Below the pieces are notes generated by a model. That model was not told the origin of the DNA, did no database searches, and saw only the letters and a program-made list of their open reading frames with translations. Made by a program: the position numbers and the translations under genes. DNA of 58,313 bases, counting the filler, from Dugesia japonica (lineage: Eukaryota): assembly GCA_001938525.1 (NCBI GenBank). It is 5 parts of 5 records of this genome, joined end to end, with 100 filler letters (N's around TTAATTAATTAA, not from the genome) between each part and the next. Parts side by side here need not be neighbours in the genome. Positions count along the whole stretch, not along the records: positions 1 to 14,784 come from MQRL01220698.1; 4 more parts are not named here. The stretch is one strand, 5' to 3'. Of this stretch, positions 1 through 14,100 are shown piece by piece; within the stretch, counting starts at the first letter, position 1; each line of letters starts with the position of its first letter.

Positions 1-1105
1 TTTTAACAATTTTTCAATAAAAAATTAATTCATATTCTAAATAAATGTTTTTATTATTTTATTCGAAAATTTTTATTAATTTATCAAATTAACTATCATT
101 AATTATTAGGCTGAACGTGAGTACATGGACTCATCAATTATACCTGGGGGTAAAATGGTATGATTCCTGTTGATATATGGGAATTATCATTATGGCACCC
201 GTTAAAATTGAACCGAATAATTAATGAATTAAACACTGAAGATTTAATTTGAAAATGAAAAATTTATTTTACTAATAGAAATTTCTTAAATAAACAGAAA
301 ATACATTTACGTAAAATAAAAAAATTTTTATAACAAAATTTGGTTGAAAAGAATTTGACTCTAAATTGAAATATCTGTCAATGCATAATCAGTAAAATAT
401 TAAAATGGTGCTTTGAAAAAAGGAAGAGCCCATTCATTTTCTGTAAAATGAAACAGCCGTCTTTCCGTTATTCTCTTTATAATTGGAAGTTTGATCAATA
501 AATTGGGTAAATGATGTGTGTAATATTATTTCTAAATTTTAGTGGTTAGAATTTGAATTAAAACAATTTTTCTGGTAAATTCAATGTGTTTGTCTAATTA
601 GTGTACAACACTGAATGGTAAAATGAAGTTGCAGAGAATAATAAACTAGTTAATCATGGTTGCAGTTTACAAAATTTTCAGTATACAGTAAAAATAATGA
701 AATGAATTCGAATCAAATAGGTACATGCATCATAAATAAGTTATCGATAGTGCTAAAATAATTAGTCAAGAATTTTCTGGTGATGATAATGAGGGATCTT
801 TAGTGATAATAGGATACTTTAGAATAGAACTGCAATTGTTATTATGGACGAGCAATGTTATCTGATTATAAATAAAATCGTTTGACACGATATAAATAAT
901 ATAATTGTCATTATTAAATATAGGACATACAAACCCAGTAATGACAAGCTCATTCACAGTACTGAAGTATATTTAAAAACAAATGGAACCAAACTCTACT
1001 TTGATCTTCTACCCGACAATAATATAACTGTTGCTTATTAAATTGATAAAAAGCTAAATTTTCAATTCTCAAATTGAACAATAAAGTTTACAATTAAATA
1101 TAATC

Positions 1106-1843
1106 GGTGTCCGGAAAATTCATCGCGGACAATTCGCAGCAAAAAATCGGAAAATTAATATTTAACCATTTCAATTTTAAAATAGCATTCTTTACTAACG
1201 TTATAATTTTACTCATTTTATTATTCTTTTATTTTAAAATTCATTTAAAAATTTGCTACTACTATCATCTGCCATCCGGTAAAGACGCTCCTCTAAGAAA
1301 GAAGAAATATCGCGATCTGGATCGTCTACTGTACACTATTATACTGGACTATGAAAATCGCATATCAATGGATTATTTGCGTGGATGCAGTCAAAACATT
1401 AATTTTTCCGATTAAAATCAAAGAATAAAGGTTTTTGTTTTACTACATTTTTCTGATTAATATTTTTTCTTAGCAATTACATTTTTCTATCAAACCATAT
1501 ATCGTATTTAATATACTTAGCTAATAACACTTATGAACTTTATTTACCCTACGTATATCTACAGTAATATTCTTACAATATTATAAAAAACATTATTAGT
1601 AATTTAAAATTTATCTGTAAGTATAATCTCTTAGCAAAACATATAAAACTTAAAATAAAAATAAAACATTTTATTTTTGCCATCGTTCCCAGAAAAACAA
1701 TTGTCCATAAGTACATAATTATGAGCTACTGAATAATAATAAAATTCTATCAAAATCAATGAAAATGATATATAATTATTTTTTTAAAATTTAAAATAGT
1801 TATAGTGCGCATCGAATTGTCCGCGACGAATTGCCCTAAAACC
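1106..1843 (+). mobile_element. Non-autonomous Mutator-like (MULE) DNA transposon derivative
   Basis: Imperfect ~35-bp TIRs: GGTGTCCGGAAAATTCATCGCGGACAATTCG at 1106 vs CGAATTGTCCGCGACGAATTGCCCTAAAACC ending 1843. The internal ORF fragment GKDAPLRKKKYRDLDRLLYTIILDYENRISMDYLRGCSQNINF resembles the C-terminus of animal MULE transposases. Flanks (ATATAATC / ATAAAATTC) resemble a degraded TSD. Confidence 0.65.
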
Positions 1844-2469
1844 ATAAAATTCAAGTGATACAATAAATTCGAAAATACTTTACAAAATCAAACTTGGTTT
1901 TTATAATTTTCAAACTGACTCAATAGATTCAGCAATATTAAAACCACAAAATAACACTATTAGAGTGATACCTGTTGAAGAGTTCAGAAGGCAAGATGAC
2001 CGAAAGAAATGTGGAAAACATTAAAACAATTTTAAAGATGGGGAGTGTTAGAGTGATTAATAGATTTTAAATATCTGGGAAATTTTTTAATTTTTATCTA
2101 TATTATATTAAAATTTATTTTTTTGAAACATTCAAAAATTATTGTAACAAAATGTACTTAATAGATTTTAAAAATATAAACTGTATTTTTTAAAACGAAA
2201 TTAATTTAAATAATTTCTGTATATTATATTATGCAAAATTATAAAAGCATAATTTATCTTAAAGAAATTATGTAGAAATATAATTAAAAAAATATGTAAA
2301 GCAAAAAAATTTGTAGAATTAAAATCGATATTTTTAAAATATTTTATTAAAAATTTCTCAGATTAATTATTTAAACACTTTGAATTATTCTTCATCTTTC
2401 TTACTTTAATCAAAAAACTTGTGATAATAAATAAAAACTTATGAAGAGTTGAGATGTTTTGAATTTAAC

Positions 2470-3780
2470 TAATAGGGTGACCAACGCATCATTGGAGTTG
2501 CTAAAAGAAGCCATGAACCCTGNAATTTTCAAAATTAGCAATGATGTCAAAAAAATTATTCTGAAGACAACGACATATTTTGATAAAGCCTGGACAAAGA
2601 AAGGCTAAAGGAGTTTGTTTCCAGTTGCTTTTATAGATAAAGAACTGCGTGAAATCTATGAAAATGAAAATGAAGCATTGGGATTTGAAGAAAGATCCAG
2701 AAAGTCTTTCTTCAGGCCATCGACAATGCTTAAAGATATGGAGGAAGCTCTAAATTATTGAAGGAATGGAGAGCATGTGAGTATCTATAAGAAGAAGATA
2801 GAAGAAATGGTATAGAAGTTAATGGTTCATAAATGGAATAAAAATGACTTAACACTGAATAGTTGCAATGACAGAAAGATAAAACATAAGATCAAATCAG
2901 GGAAAAATAGAAAAAGTAGAAGCAATAAAAGAGTAGAAAGACACTAAAAATGAAGTAAAAACGGAAAAAATAAATGTAGTTCGTAACTACAGAAATGCAG
3001 TTCGCAAAAGTCCAGAACAAAGAAATTTCCACAAGAGTCGTAATGAGGGAATACAACAGAACAGAAACAACGAAAGACAAGAAATCATGTGTTGAACCTT
3101 TAACAAAATAGGTCATGTAAGCAGAAATTGTCAAGAAAGAAAAATAAAGTGCTATGCTTGTGGATCTGAACAACATTTGAGAAGAGACTGTACCAAAGTT
3201 AGTTGCTCAAGATGTAACAGGAAAGGATACCACACAGAAAACTGTTACACAGTTTAGTTATCAGAATAAAAGTTAACAGGCCAGAAAAGATTTGGGAAAT
3301 GGCAAACAAAAATATTATTCGAACAATACGAATAATTACACAAGAAGGTATGGAAGTCACTTTGATTTAACTGAGGAAAATGGAAAAGATTGTGTATGTG
3401 GAGAAGACAAAGGCCACTATTGTGATAAAGGATCAAATATTTATCAAGATGAATACCGAAGTCGAGATTCTCGTAGTGTTGAATTAGGTATCCCCAAAAA
3501 TCGCAGTATTGTTAATTATAGTAAAAGTAGCATAAATAATTATATAAATAAAAGAAACAAAGATAAACGAGTAGATGAGTACAATAATGTAAAAGAAAAA
3601 ATTTACAAGTTTGTAAAGAAAGAATTGATTAGAGGCCAACCAAAGATGATCAATGATATAAATGGAGAAGACAACAGTGAAATTCTGACGATAGAATAAA
3701 TAAAGCGACAAGAGATAAGTTATGACAAGATGTAACCAAGTATAACGGTTGAAATACAAGTCGTAAAAGTTTATTGCTTG
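2470..3780 (+). pseudogene. Degenerate LTR-retrotransposon (Gypsy-like) gag remnant
   Basis: Purine-rich decayed frame with zinc knuckles: CYACGSEQHLRRDC and CSRCNRKGYHTENC at ~3149-3246, plus a broken one (NKIGHVSRNC) at ~3085-3131. Many stops and frameshifts. Confidence 0.7.
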
Positions 3781-3794
3781 TTAAACACTTTTAC

Positions 3795-4139
3795 CATAAA
3801 TAGGAGCAGCAACAGAAGCAGCAACAACAGAAGAATCATATATCTAAAATAAATCATTTTAACAACTATCAAGTGTTGATAATAAATTTACTTTAATTAA
3901 ACTCTTCCTCTTGATACCTCTTCCACCTTGATTTGAATTATTATAATTCTAAAATAATATTAATAATGATTAAATAATAAAAATAAATTTACATTATCCA
4001 TCATTAAACTTGACAAATTCATATTTTTATTACCGTTTATATTGTTCATAACCTGAAAACAATTAATTAATAATAATGAAAATCAACAGTTTACCGTTTC
4101 TTCGCTCAACAATATTCTCAATATTCTTTGATTGTTCAT
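3795..4139 (-). CDS. Small spliced gene of unknown function (partial); coding exons 4139-4095, 4052-3993, 3948-3892, 3843-3795
   Basis: Four consecutive GT..AG introns of 42, 42, 44 and 48 nt (the first lies in the 5' UTR, 4184-4143). The splices are in frame and give MNNQRILRILLSEET-VMNNINGNKNMNLSSLMMDN-NYNNSNQGGRGIKRKSLIK-IYDSSVVAASVAAPIY; a further donor follows at 3794. Confidence 0.6.
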
Positions 4140-4269
4140 AATCTAAAAAATATATAAAGGAGATAAAAAAAATAACAAACTTACTTATAAAAAATTGTCA
4201 CTTTTAAAAATAGTTTTAATAAAATTGTGAAAACTTTTAAAAAGTAACTACTTTTATAATGTTAAAATA

Positions 4270-6430
4270 ATTTTTCTATTCCTTTGTATGTGTGTATCAT
4301 ATATTTTCTATCCCTATTAAACTATTTGAGTATGCGTATTAAATTTTTCTATCTCCTTTGTATGTGTGTATCATAATTTTTCTATCCCTTTTGTAAGTGT
4401 GTATCAAAAAAGTTTAAAATACTGCAGCTTAATATATTTTAAAATACCACAACGTAGTATATTAAGTTGTGACAAGAAATAATTTTTTGATAAAATAATT
4501 TTAAAGTACTGCAAAGTAGTATATTGTTGCATTTACAAAGTTATTAGTCGTGAAAATAACAAAGACATGTTTTTGATTATGACAAAGGTCAATTAACTGC
4601 TTTATATTTTTATGATTTTAACAAAGATTAATTAACTATTCTTAAATTTAAAAAAATAAATAAAATCAAACAAATATTTTCAAATAACACATTTATTTAT
4701 ATACAACATATACATTTTCAACTATAATGTTGATTATATTTCACATAATGTCAATTTTCAGTTAAAATGTTGATTTTTAANCCACAATAGACAATGTTGA
4801 TCACAGGTTGTTGTAAACGGATTTTGAAATCTGATTTGGTTTTATTCAATTATAGGGTTTTTATATAGTTTTATATGGTTATTATAGGGTTAAATATTAT
4901 CTATATGGATATTATATGAATGTTTTTTTATAGTTGTATGAGTGTTTGATAGGGTTCTATAGTTTTATCAAATTTAATCGAACTTATATTAGGTTTTTTA
5001 TCAAATCATAAATAAATACATATACAATAAACCAATACATACACACATACACAAATACATGTTTTAAAAGGGTATGTGTCATACCTGTACAACACAAATG
5101 CGAGTCAAACAAAGACATTGCAACACGAGTTCAACTAGAACAAAGAGCATGAGTCATACCTATACAAGTTAACAAAGACCATTCATTATAGGTTTGCAAG
5201 TAGGTATACAAAAGGTCGAATATTAAACAAAAGTAAGGTTTTTAAAAAATTTGGAGAGTTTTATATGATAATTATATGGTTTTATATGTTATTATAATGT
5301 TTATAAAAATTATAAAGTTATTGTATGGTTTTATATGATTTAATGTTTTTATATGTTAATTATATTGTTTTATATGGTAATTATATATGTTTCATAAGGT
5401 AATCGTAGAGTAATTATAGAGTAATTATATTGTTTTATAGTGTTTTATATGTTTGGTCTTTTATAGAGTTTTTATATGGCTATTAGGATAATAGGATAAT
5501 CATAATGTTTTATATGTTCTTATATTGTTTGTAAAGGAATTTATAAGATTTTTATATGGTTTTATAAGGTAACTATATGATTATTATAGCATTTATAAGG
5601 TAATTCTAGAGTTATTATGTGATTTTATAAGGTAAATATATGGTTATTATAGATTTCTTTAAGGTAATTATAGGGATTTAATTGTTTTTTTATATGATTG
5701 ATGGGTTTTATATGTTTCTATAGGGTATTTATGTAGTTTTATTTGTTATTTTATTGCTTTTTATATTGTTTTAATAGGAATTATAAGATTTTTATAGAGT
5801 ATATATAGGGTTTTATATCTTCTCATTATGCTTTTATAGAGTTTAATATGGTAATTATTTGTGTTTTATAAGATAATCATAGATTGTTTAGAGTTATTAT
5901 ATGCTTTTATACGAGCTTTATAAACAATTGTTTTAAAATTACATATATTTCAATAAAAAGTTACCAGATGTCATGTTATTATTTCAAAATGTTGCCAGAG
6001 ATCTAGTAATTTTTTCAAAAAGTTACTAGATGTCACAAACATTTTCAAATTCCTATTTAAAACATAGGGAAAATAACTCAAAAAATTAATTGATGTCCCT
6101 AAAATATTTCAAAAAGTTACCAGAGAGCCGATAATTTTTGACAAATGTTACCAGAGGTTCCTTAAATATTTTTAAAAATTTACCAGATGTCATGTAATTA
6201 TTTCTAAATATTTACTATATGTTCCTGAAAAACTTAAATCATGTACATATTATTACATTTAATCTGCACAATTTACAAACATAACATAGATGTCTATGTA
6301 ATATTTTTAAACATAACATAGATATATGGGTAAATTTTACAAAAATAATATATATGTCAATAGAGTCTAACAAAAAACTCAATAGAGCTTCATACACAGT
6401 AAGATAAATGAGTCTTATATACAGTAAACC
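4270..6430. repeat. Composite strand-asymmetric repeat block
   Basis: Sub-arrays: TTTTCTATCCCTTTGTATGTGTGTATCA x3-4 (4270-4410), a degenerate TTATA(G/T)-rich tract (4850-5920), and AAAAGTTACCAGATGTC-like units x6-7 (5955-6225). Confidence 0.6.
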
Positions 6431-7511
6431 AATGGATATTATTATAAAAGACGGTCATTTTTAACATCTTTCGTGATTATTTGGGACATTCAATTATTTA
6501 ATTGTTATTTACCAAATGAATTATTGATATTGTACATGTTCGTCCAAATTCTAGGTTATTTTTACTTGTATTCAGTTTAATTCATAAGAACTGTTACCAT
6601 TTAAATCGAGTAATTTTTTTACATTTTTATTTTTTATGCCTCACATACAAGAAAATTATATGTTTATATTAAAATTTTTTGATAATACAATTTTTTATAT
6701 TTTAAATAAATGCTAAAAATATTATCTTTTTACAAATATTTAAATAAATATTTTTTTTTGCTTGTAAAATAATTTAAAGTCTTTAAAATTTTTAAAAAAA
6801 TTATTTGTATTTATATTTTAATTTTATTAATAAGAAAAGACTGTTTGGAAACGTTTAAATATTTGTTTAAATATTCAAATAAGTCAAGACAAACAAATTT
6901 TTAAACCCGTTATTTATTATTATTAATAATCTTTTATAAGCAGCCTTGTTAACAGTGCATCTACTAATAATACTGATATTTTTATATACTGACATTGACA
7001 TTCCTTTTATGTTCGTTTCAATTTTATTTTAATTTCAAAATAAATTCAAATAAGAATAAATTAAAATTTTTTACTAACTAAATACTTTTAGCAATTTCTA
7101 AAAAAATGAATTACCAAAAATTCTCAACAAAATTTAATCAGGATATTTCGTAAAATATTATTGATTTTTCTAAGTTTTTGGTTATTAAATAAACAAAATA
7201 TTAGTAGTTAAATATTCAATATATTTATTATTGTTTAGTATTATAATTATTGAAACACAAAAGACGGTTCCGATTCAATAACTGCGTATTATATTTTCAT
7301 TGTTCTGCATACAAATAAATAATTCTGATCATTTGTAATTAGAGATGAAATAGACATCTGATTTAATATGAATGAATTATAAGGTCTAATCAGATTTGAT
7401 CATTAATTTAGATTTATTGATTTGAATTATTATAAAATTCAATTATTCATCTAAAGAAATAATTTCAGATTTATCGCTACTTATTGATTTGATTGTTAAT
7501 TAAATCACGTA

Positions 7512-8570
7512 ATGACAACAAAAGATTCTAAATTTGAAAGTCTGCGATTAACTGGAGTATTCAAAGATTATTTGTTAGCTGTTGATTCTATTCGAGATGA
7601 TCTTGGAATTAAAGAGGATGAATTAAATAAAATTTTACTCGGGTTTTATAAAATTGATGGTAATTCAATGAATGAAAATTCAGCAAAAGAATATTTAATG
7701 ACAGTTAGTAAATGTTTCGATCAATGCAATTTCCAAGTTACAGCAAATAATAAAAAATCGATAATCATCGATGGTCAAGTACCAATTGCTAGTTTGATCA
7801 ATAGCATAAAGGATTTAACAGCAAATTTTGATTTGGAAACTTTAGGAATCATAACAGATTTCTGGGAAAATATCAAATTCAATTTGGAATTATTTCAAAT
7901 TCTTGTCGATCGTTTTGATACTGATATTTATTTTCGAATTAAACTTATGAATTCAACAAGTGGAGTTCAAGTGCAACTCGGATCTGTTAGTAATACCAAT
8001 GATAAAGTTGTAGAATTTCTACGAGATATTGAAAGACTATCGAAAATGATACCAGAAAAACTCTCAAGGTGTCGATTATTAATTAGAAGTTGCGGAACTC
8101 ATATGAGGACTCATTTATTGGACAGATCCTCTGTTTGTGATAGATTATTAATTGGTATTAATGTTTCTCACTATCCTTTATTAAAAGTTATTCCTGATAT
8201 TGGATTTAAAGTGAGTCAACTATTTCAAATATGTCGTAAATGGCTTGATCGAGAAGAAACATTTATTTATGAGATGAATCAGCAAATTCGTCAAAATCGA
8301 TTGTTAGCTAAAGAAAAAGAAAACCGAATTATGTCTGCTAGAGAACATCAAAAGGATATTCTAAAATCAGTTAAAGCCTCCTATTTACTTTGTCAAAATA
8401 CGAAAAAGAAATTGAAAGAATTTTCAATAGAAATGAAACTGTTGGAAGAACAAATAAGAGAAACCCAGTTTATTCATAGAACGTTGTCAGAGGAAAAGAT
8501 AAAAGCAATGAGCATGTCAGAATTTTTGAATTTAAGTATTTCACAAACTAGAAAAAATTACGCACTTCAA
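7512..8570 (+). CDS. Long first coding exon of an uncharacterised coiled-coil protein
   Basis: 353 open codons from ATG 7512 in DNA of about 25% GC. The C-terminal third is E/K/Q-rich with heptad character. Composition turns intron-like after the donor CAA|GTAAAA at 8570/8571, so the ORF tail to 8711 is probably intron read-through. Confidence 0.75.
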
Positions 8571-8879
8571 GTAAAAAAAATTATTTATTTGGTTTTTATT
8601 ATATTCCTCATCTGTTTGAAGAAAAATAAATTCATAATTTATTATGAAATTTTCTATAGAATTTCTATAATTAAAATTATTTCAAAAATAATTATTGAAC
8701 TTAACTATTGATTTCATACGAATTATTAATGAAATTAAAATTTCTAAACAGATTTNNNNNNNNNNNNNNNNNNNNNNNNNNNNNNNNNNNNNNNNNNNNN
8801 NNNNNNNNNNNNNNNNNNNTGAGCAATATTTTTCAATATTTTTAAATAAGTAATGCATTAAAAAATACCACAATAGTAT

Positions 8880-8893
8880 TAATAATAATAATA

Positions 8894-8936
<43 letters not shown>
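8880..8936. repeat. (AAT)n microsatellite
   Basis: Direct reading. Similar arrays occur at 21640-21733, 38478-38542, 52211-52277 and 52825-52883. Confidence 0.95.
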
Positions 8937-8940
<4 letters not shown>

Positions 8941-9280
8941 CTGTTTTAAATTATTAATTTTAACTGTTTTAATATTAACTTCACTCGCAATCTTATCAAT
9001 TGTTTCATAAGGTAATTTTCCAATAATTCATCTTCAATATCCATTTTTACCCAATATGTAAGTCACACTTTGAACACTTGCAAAAGACTGGAAATAAAAA
9101 AGAGGAAAGAGTTCGATATGAATAGAAAAAGCATATGTTGGCTTACGACATATTTATGTTTCATAATTAGACTTTTTTTTCAATAAATTGATCAAGAAAT
9201 GGAAGTTTGCAATAACTAGTCATCTGTATTGTAAATTCAACATTTAAAATATGAAGAAATATTAATATCAATGAAATAGT

Positions 9281-9378
9281 GACTATATCGGAAAACGTGA
9301 TCGTTTTAAAATTTTATAATATTTTAAATTAAATGTATTTGTTTAAAATTTAAAAACGATCATTTTTTCGATATAGCC
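9281..9378. mobile_element. Tiny foldback element/MITE
   Basis: GACTATATCGGAAAACGTGATCGTTTTAAAATTTT is an imperfect inverted repeat of AAAATTTAAAAACGATCATTTTTTCGATATAGCC. Confidence 0.45.
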
Positions 9379-10294
9379 TATATTTATGTTGACTGCTTTT
9401 ATTTTGCTTAGAGATGGAAATTTTCTATTGTTTTCCAACACATTTTTCTACGACACACCTAATGCAATGATTGGAAAGCATTATTAGAGATTTTAAATAT
9501 TAAATTGAAAAATTTTTAAATTTATAATATTAAATCAATTTTCATTGGTTGATTAATTATCAATTCTTTTGTTTGATATTTAATAAGTTAAATTTATTGT
9601 TTATTTTGCGAATGTCCTTGATTTTAAGTCATATTTCTTTATTTCGTTTTATTGAGGATGGAAATGTATTCTTTTCCTAGTGTTTTCCATTTTATGTGAT
9701 TTTACAAGGTTTTACAAAATTGTTTTTAAAATTTAATGTTGTATAAATTAAAATATAATTTATAAAAATTTAATTAATGTAATTTAATATAATGATAATT
9801 TATACATATGATTGTATCGGTAAAAAAAATTTGGTCTTGAAAAAAATAAAAACTTAATTTTAATTAGATAAAATTTTTTTAAATTTATTAAAAAATTTGT
9901 CCGGTTTGAAATTTTTACCTCTAAATATAACGGCATATTTCATTTGAGAATATCAATAAATCCTCAGCAAAATCAATATTGAAAATCATAATATCTGTAA
10001 AATTCCTCATTTATCAGCTTTTAATTATTTATATACCTTTTTCAGTAACGTTTCGAAATCGATATTTTTTCTCAGCATTTTATTTATTGATTGTTGACAA
10101 TCTGTTCTTGAGAATAAATTGAATTAAAATTCTCATTTTGTCGATGCTATATAATTATTTTGAGAAAACTGATATTTCTGGAATTAACTAAAGAAATTCA
10201 ATAATTAAAATTGAAAATCTAATCGGAATTTTCTAATATCGACGAAAACTTTTGATTTCATTTTATACAAGAATTATTTAAAAAAATTAACAAC

Positions 10295-11168
10295 TACGAG
10301 AGTTAGTCAAAAAAATAACAGGAAAGATTACATAAAAAACGCAACAATAGTAAATAATATTAATTTTTCAATGTATGAACCCTTTATATCAAGACACTTT
10401 CGCATCCGGAGTTGCCACTTTTTTAGACCATCCCTGTAAAAAGTGGGATCATTGGATTTGAACCAACCCAGAACTGCTTTGGTGGCATCATTTAAAGATT
10501 TGTCCTTATGATGTCCTTCTTCAAACTTGGGAATAAAAAATAATCACACAGAGCCATGGTGAACGAGATAAAATTTCTCATACAAATTTCATCAAGACAT
10601 CCCTTGATTGACGTGATGCATGGGCTGGCGCTTTGTCATGGTTGAAAAGCATCCACTAATTGAGTTTTCCAGGGCGTTTTTTTCCGATTGAAGCCTTTTA
10701 TTTTTGCAACACTGTTACATAATAAGTTGATGTAACTGTATTTTTTCTTTCAAAACGTCACTGAGGATAACGCCTTCAGCATCCCAGAAAACTATGACCA
10801 TAAACTTGGTTATCGTTGAGTTCTTTCCAGCCTTCTTTGAAATGCTTAATCCACCTACATTTGCGACTAAAATTTGGAGAACCATCTATATAAAATTTTT
10901 GCAACGCTTCAATGGTTTGTATGTTAATCCATTCAAGTTCAACTAAGAATTTGATGTTTACACGAATTTCAGTAAGCAAATTTGAATAATCTAAAAAAGT
11001 AGGGTTTGTTAAAAAAAACTAGGTTGCGACACAACTATTACGAGAATTATCACGGAATTTTTTAGATAAAATGTTAGCATTATAATTTCAGAAAAATTAC
11101 AAGCTTTCATAATTAGATTGCTACTCAACGAATGACTAATGCATTCCTGTTTTTTTACTCATTTTGTT
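10295..11168 (-). mobile_element. Degenerate mariner element (internally deleted)
   Basis: ORF 10776-10979 is a mariner N-terminal HTH (IRVNIKFLVELEW...RWIKHFKEG). A FNHDKAPAH motif lies at ~10620-10646. The terminus at 10295 reads TACGAGAGTTAGTCAAAAA, typical of mariner TIRs. Confidence 0.75.
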
Positions 11169-14100
11169 TAGTTACTTATTTATTAATTGATTTTTTTTAT
11201 CTAATTCTCTACGAATGCTCTAATTAATTTACAATTTTTTTCTTAATCGAATTACGTCAAATTGAAAATTTTAATTTAATAAATTAATTCACCACAATTG
11301 CAAACATAAATAAATGTAAAATAGTTACTAAAATCATCAATTAATCAACACGAATCCGTCTAATTAGATTTTTGCTGATCACGATTGCAATTAGTTGACT
11401 ATTTTATTTTTTTTTATTTTAAATTAATTTATTGATTTTAATTTTTAATTCGAAAATGAGAAAAATAACAATTATTTTTTAAAATTCTTTAATATTAATT
11501 TTCTGCTAAATTATAATTTATAATATAATTTTGTTTAAATTAATTAATTGATTAAAATGAAAATAAAAATTGGTTTTGTTGCGGAAATCGATTAAGTTTG
11601 AAGAAATATTTATTTTGGTAAAAAAAATATATAACTGAAATATCAATAAAGATTGATCGATTGTTTGCTGTTCATATATAAAATGTGAATAGTATAAATA
11701 AATTTTGTAAATAAAATATAATTTAAAATATATAAAATAACCAATTAATATGACCGTTGAAAGTAAAGAGAACTTAAAGGAAATATTTGAACAGTCAGAA
11801 TGTTATCACATGGAAAAGAGAAAATTTGTAACAAATGGTTATGAATAGAAAATNNNNNNNNNNNNNNNNNNNNNNNNNNNNNNNNNNNNNNNNNNNNNNN
11901 NNNNNNNNNNNNNAATTCTAGAGTGTATTTAATGAATTACCCTTAACAGTTTTATAATTAGGGTAAAACTTATTGTTTTTAATGAATTGCCCTAGATATT
12001 ATAACAAATCCCGCAATATTTTACGGTGTCTGTCTTTGTAAAACTGCTTTATTCCGGTAACGATAAATTTATTCTATAAACTGTTAGTTTGGACAAAAAA
12101 AGTATGAACAAATATTGATTAAAGAGGAGAAACCTGAGATTAACGTGATTTTCAATAATTACAATAATTAAAACAATTTTTCAATAAATAAAAATTTTTT
12201 TTAAAGATTATCAACAATTAAAATCATTAATAAATTTTTAAAAAAAATAATAAAAAAATTAGAAAATTAGAATTTTAATATTGTAATATTTTAATCTTAA
12301 TAAAAAAGAATTTTTGAGATTTAATTTTAAAATAAAAAATTATACTTTAAATAGACCAATAAAATTTCGATAAAAGATAAAGAATTTTGTAGCAGAGATC
12401 TATTGTCATTTTGAATTATCAGAAAGTCATCATTCCTCAAGAAGGCAAGTGTGTCGAAAATTTGAATTTCTTTACAAATACATTTTATTTTGATCGAAGC
12501 CTTTTCTTTATTTTAATGAAAACTTTTAGTAATGTAATAATAATTTGTGGGAATGATGTTTCAATAGGGATTTGTATTAAAAAGTTAAATAAGTGAAAAA
12601 TATTAATAAAATATTTTAGAGTTAATAATTTCGGTAACGAACATTAGTAAAACATCGACGACTTTTAGTGAAAACTAGCCTCATGGATTTATTTAAGTAA
12701 TAAATAGTTTAATAATGAACTCGTAAATGGCCTAAGATTTGATGACAACCTTTAATTAAACTTTTCAATAAAGTTTCTACTTGCATTATTTTGTAGTAAT
12801 GATTTACACAACATTTTGTAATAAATTGGTATCCAATTCTAGTTTACATGGCCGTCTTGTTTTAAATGATAGACAGAAGCTGTTGGTAACCCATGACAAT
12901 TGAATTTTAATTTTAATTGACAAAATTAATACTTTTAATTTTGATAACAAGTTGTATTATTCTTTTTAATTTTTAAAATTAATTTTAAAAATGTCACATA
13001 AATTTTGTACACTTTACTACGATTATTGATTTAACTATTAATTAAATTTTACTTTAACTAATGTATTCCATTTCATCAAATCCTATGCGAAAAACTAGTC
13101 GATTAGTGTTGAAATTTTACAAGTGGCACACAACCACATAAAGGTTGCCAAAACCGGATACATACTGAATTTATTTTTACACATCCATTGCAATCCATTT
13201 ATGTTAATTCCGTTTATTTAATTGATTTTAACCACTTTTAACCGCCTAGTTTTACTTTGTAACCATAAATAAAATTTTTTTGACCAAATTCCGCAAATAA
13301 TCTAATGGAACAAAATATCTAATCGATTATTCTGTTATTTTTCATTGAGCTTGTTACTATAAGTTTATTTGTCATTGAGTTTAATATTTGATATTAATAT
13401 TTCTTATTTCAATTTGGTCTATTATTCTACTAACAATACCAAGAAAATTTAACTATTTGGTCTTCAAATAATTCAATCTGGCCCATAACTGCCATACAAT
13501 TTATCCACACACTTTATGTTGATTTCTAACCGATGCAACTCTATTTTAGCCTGACATTCAACTATTTATTTAATTGATAACCAATAAACTTGAAATCGTT
13601 TTGATGCGATAATTTTGCTTGTTTTATTGAATTAAATATTCAAAGGAAAATCTAATTGGGTTTTATACGTAAAATAAAATAACTTAATTCTTCTTGATTT
13701 TAGACGATTAGGGCATAAAATAGCACTTTTTAAAATAAAACATTAAAAAAATTTGCTAATTTCACTGTTATAGAGAAATCACATTTTTAACAAAATAGTT
13801 GTTTCAAAAATATACAATAAGCGAAATTGATTGCTGGTGTTATTAAATGATTTATCGAGGGAACCAATCAATTTGATTATTATCAAAATATTGTATGTAA
13901 AAAATATTTATGCAAAATCATTGATTGTAGCCATTTTTGTCCAATGTACTCATTTGAGTACACTTTAGAAATCTGAAAATGGACCAACATATAATTGGGA
14001 TACATAACATTGTTTTATAGTGTTATTTCAACTAAACTTATTATAATATTATTTATTCGTTTAATAAGAAAACCTAAAAAATATAATAAAAAAAATATTT

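Noticed and set aside
8571-8711. Hydrophobic, TM-like C-terminus of the 399-aa ORF
   Set aside because: It lies after a splice donor and has AT-rich intron composition.
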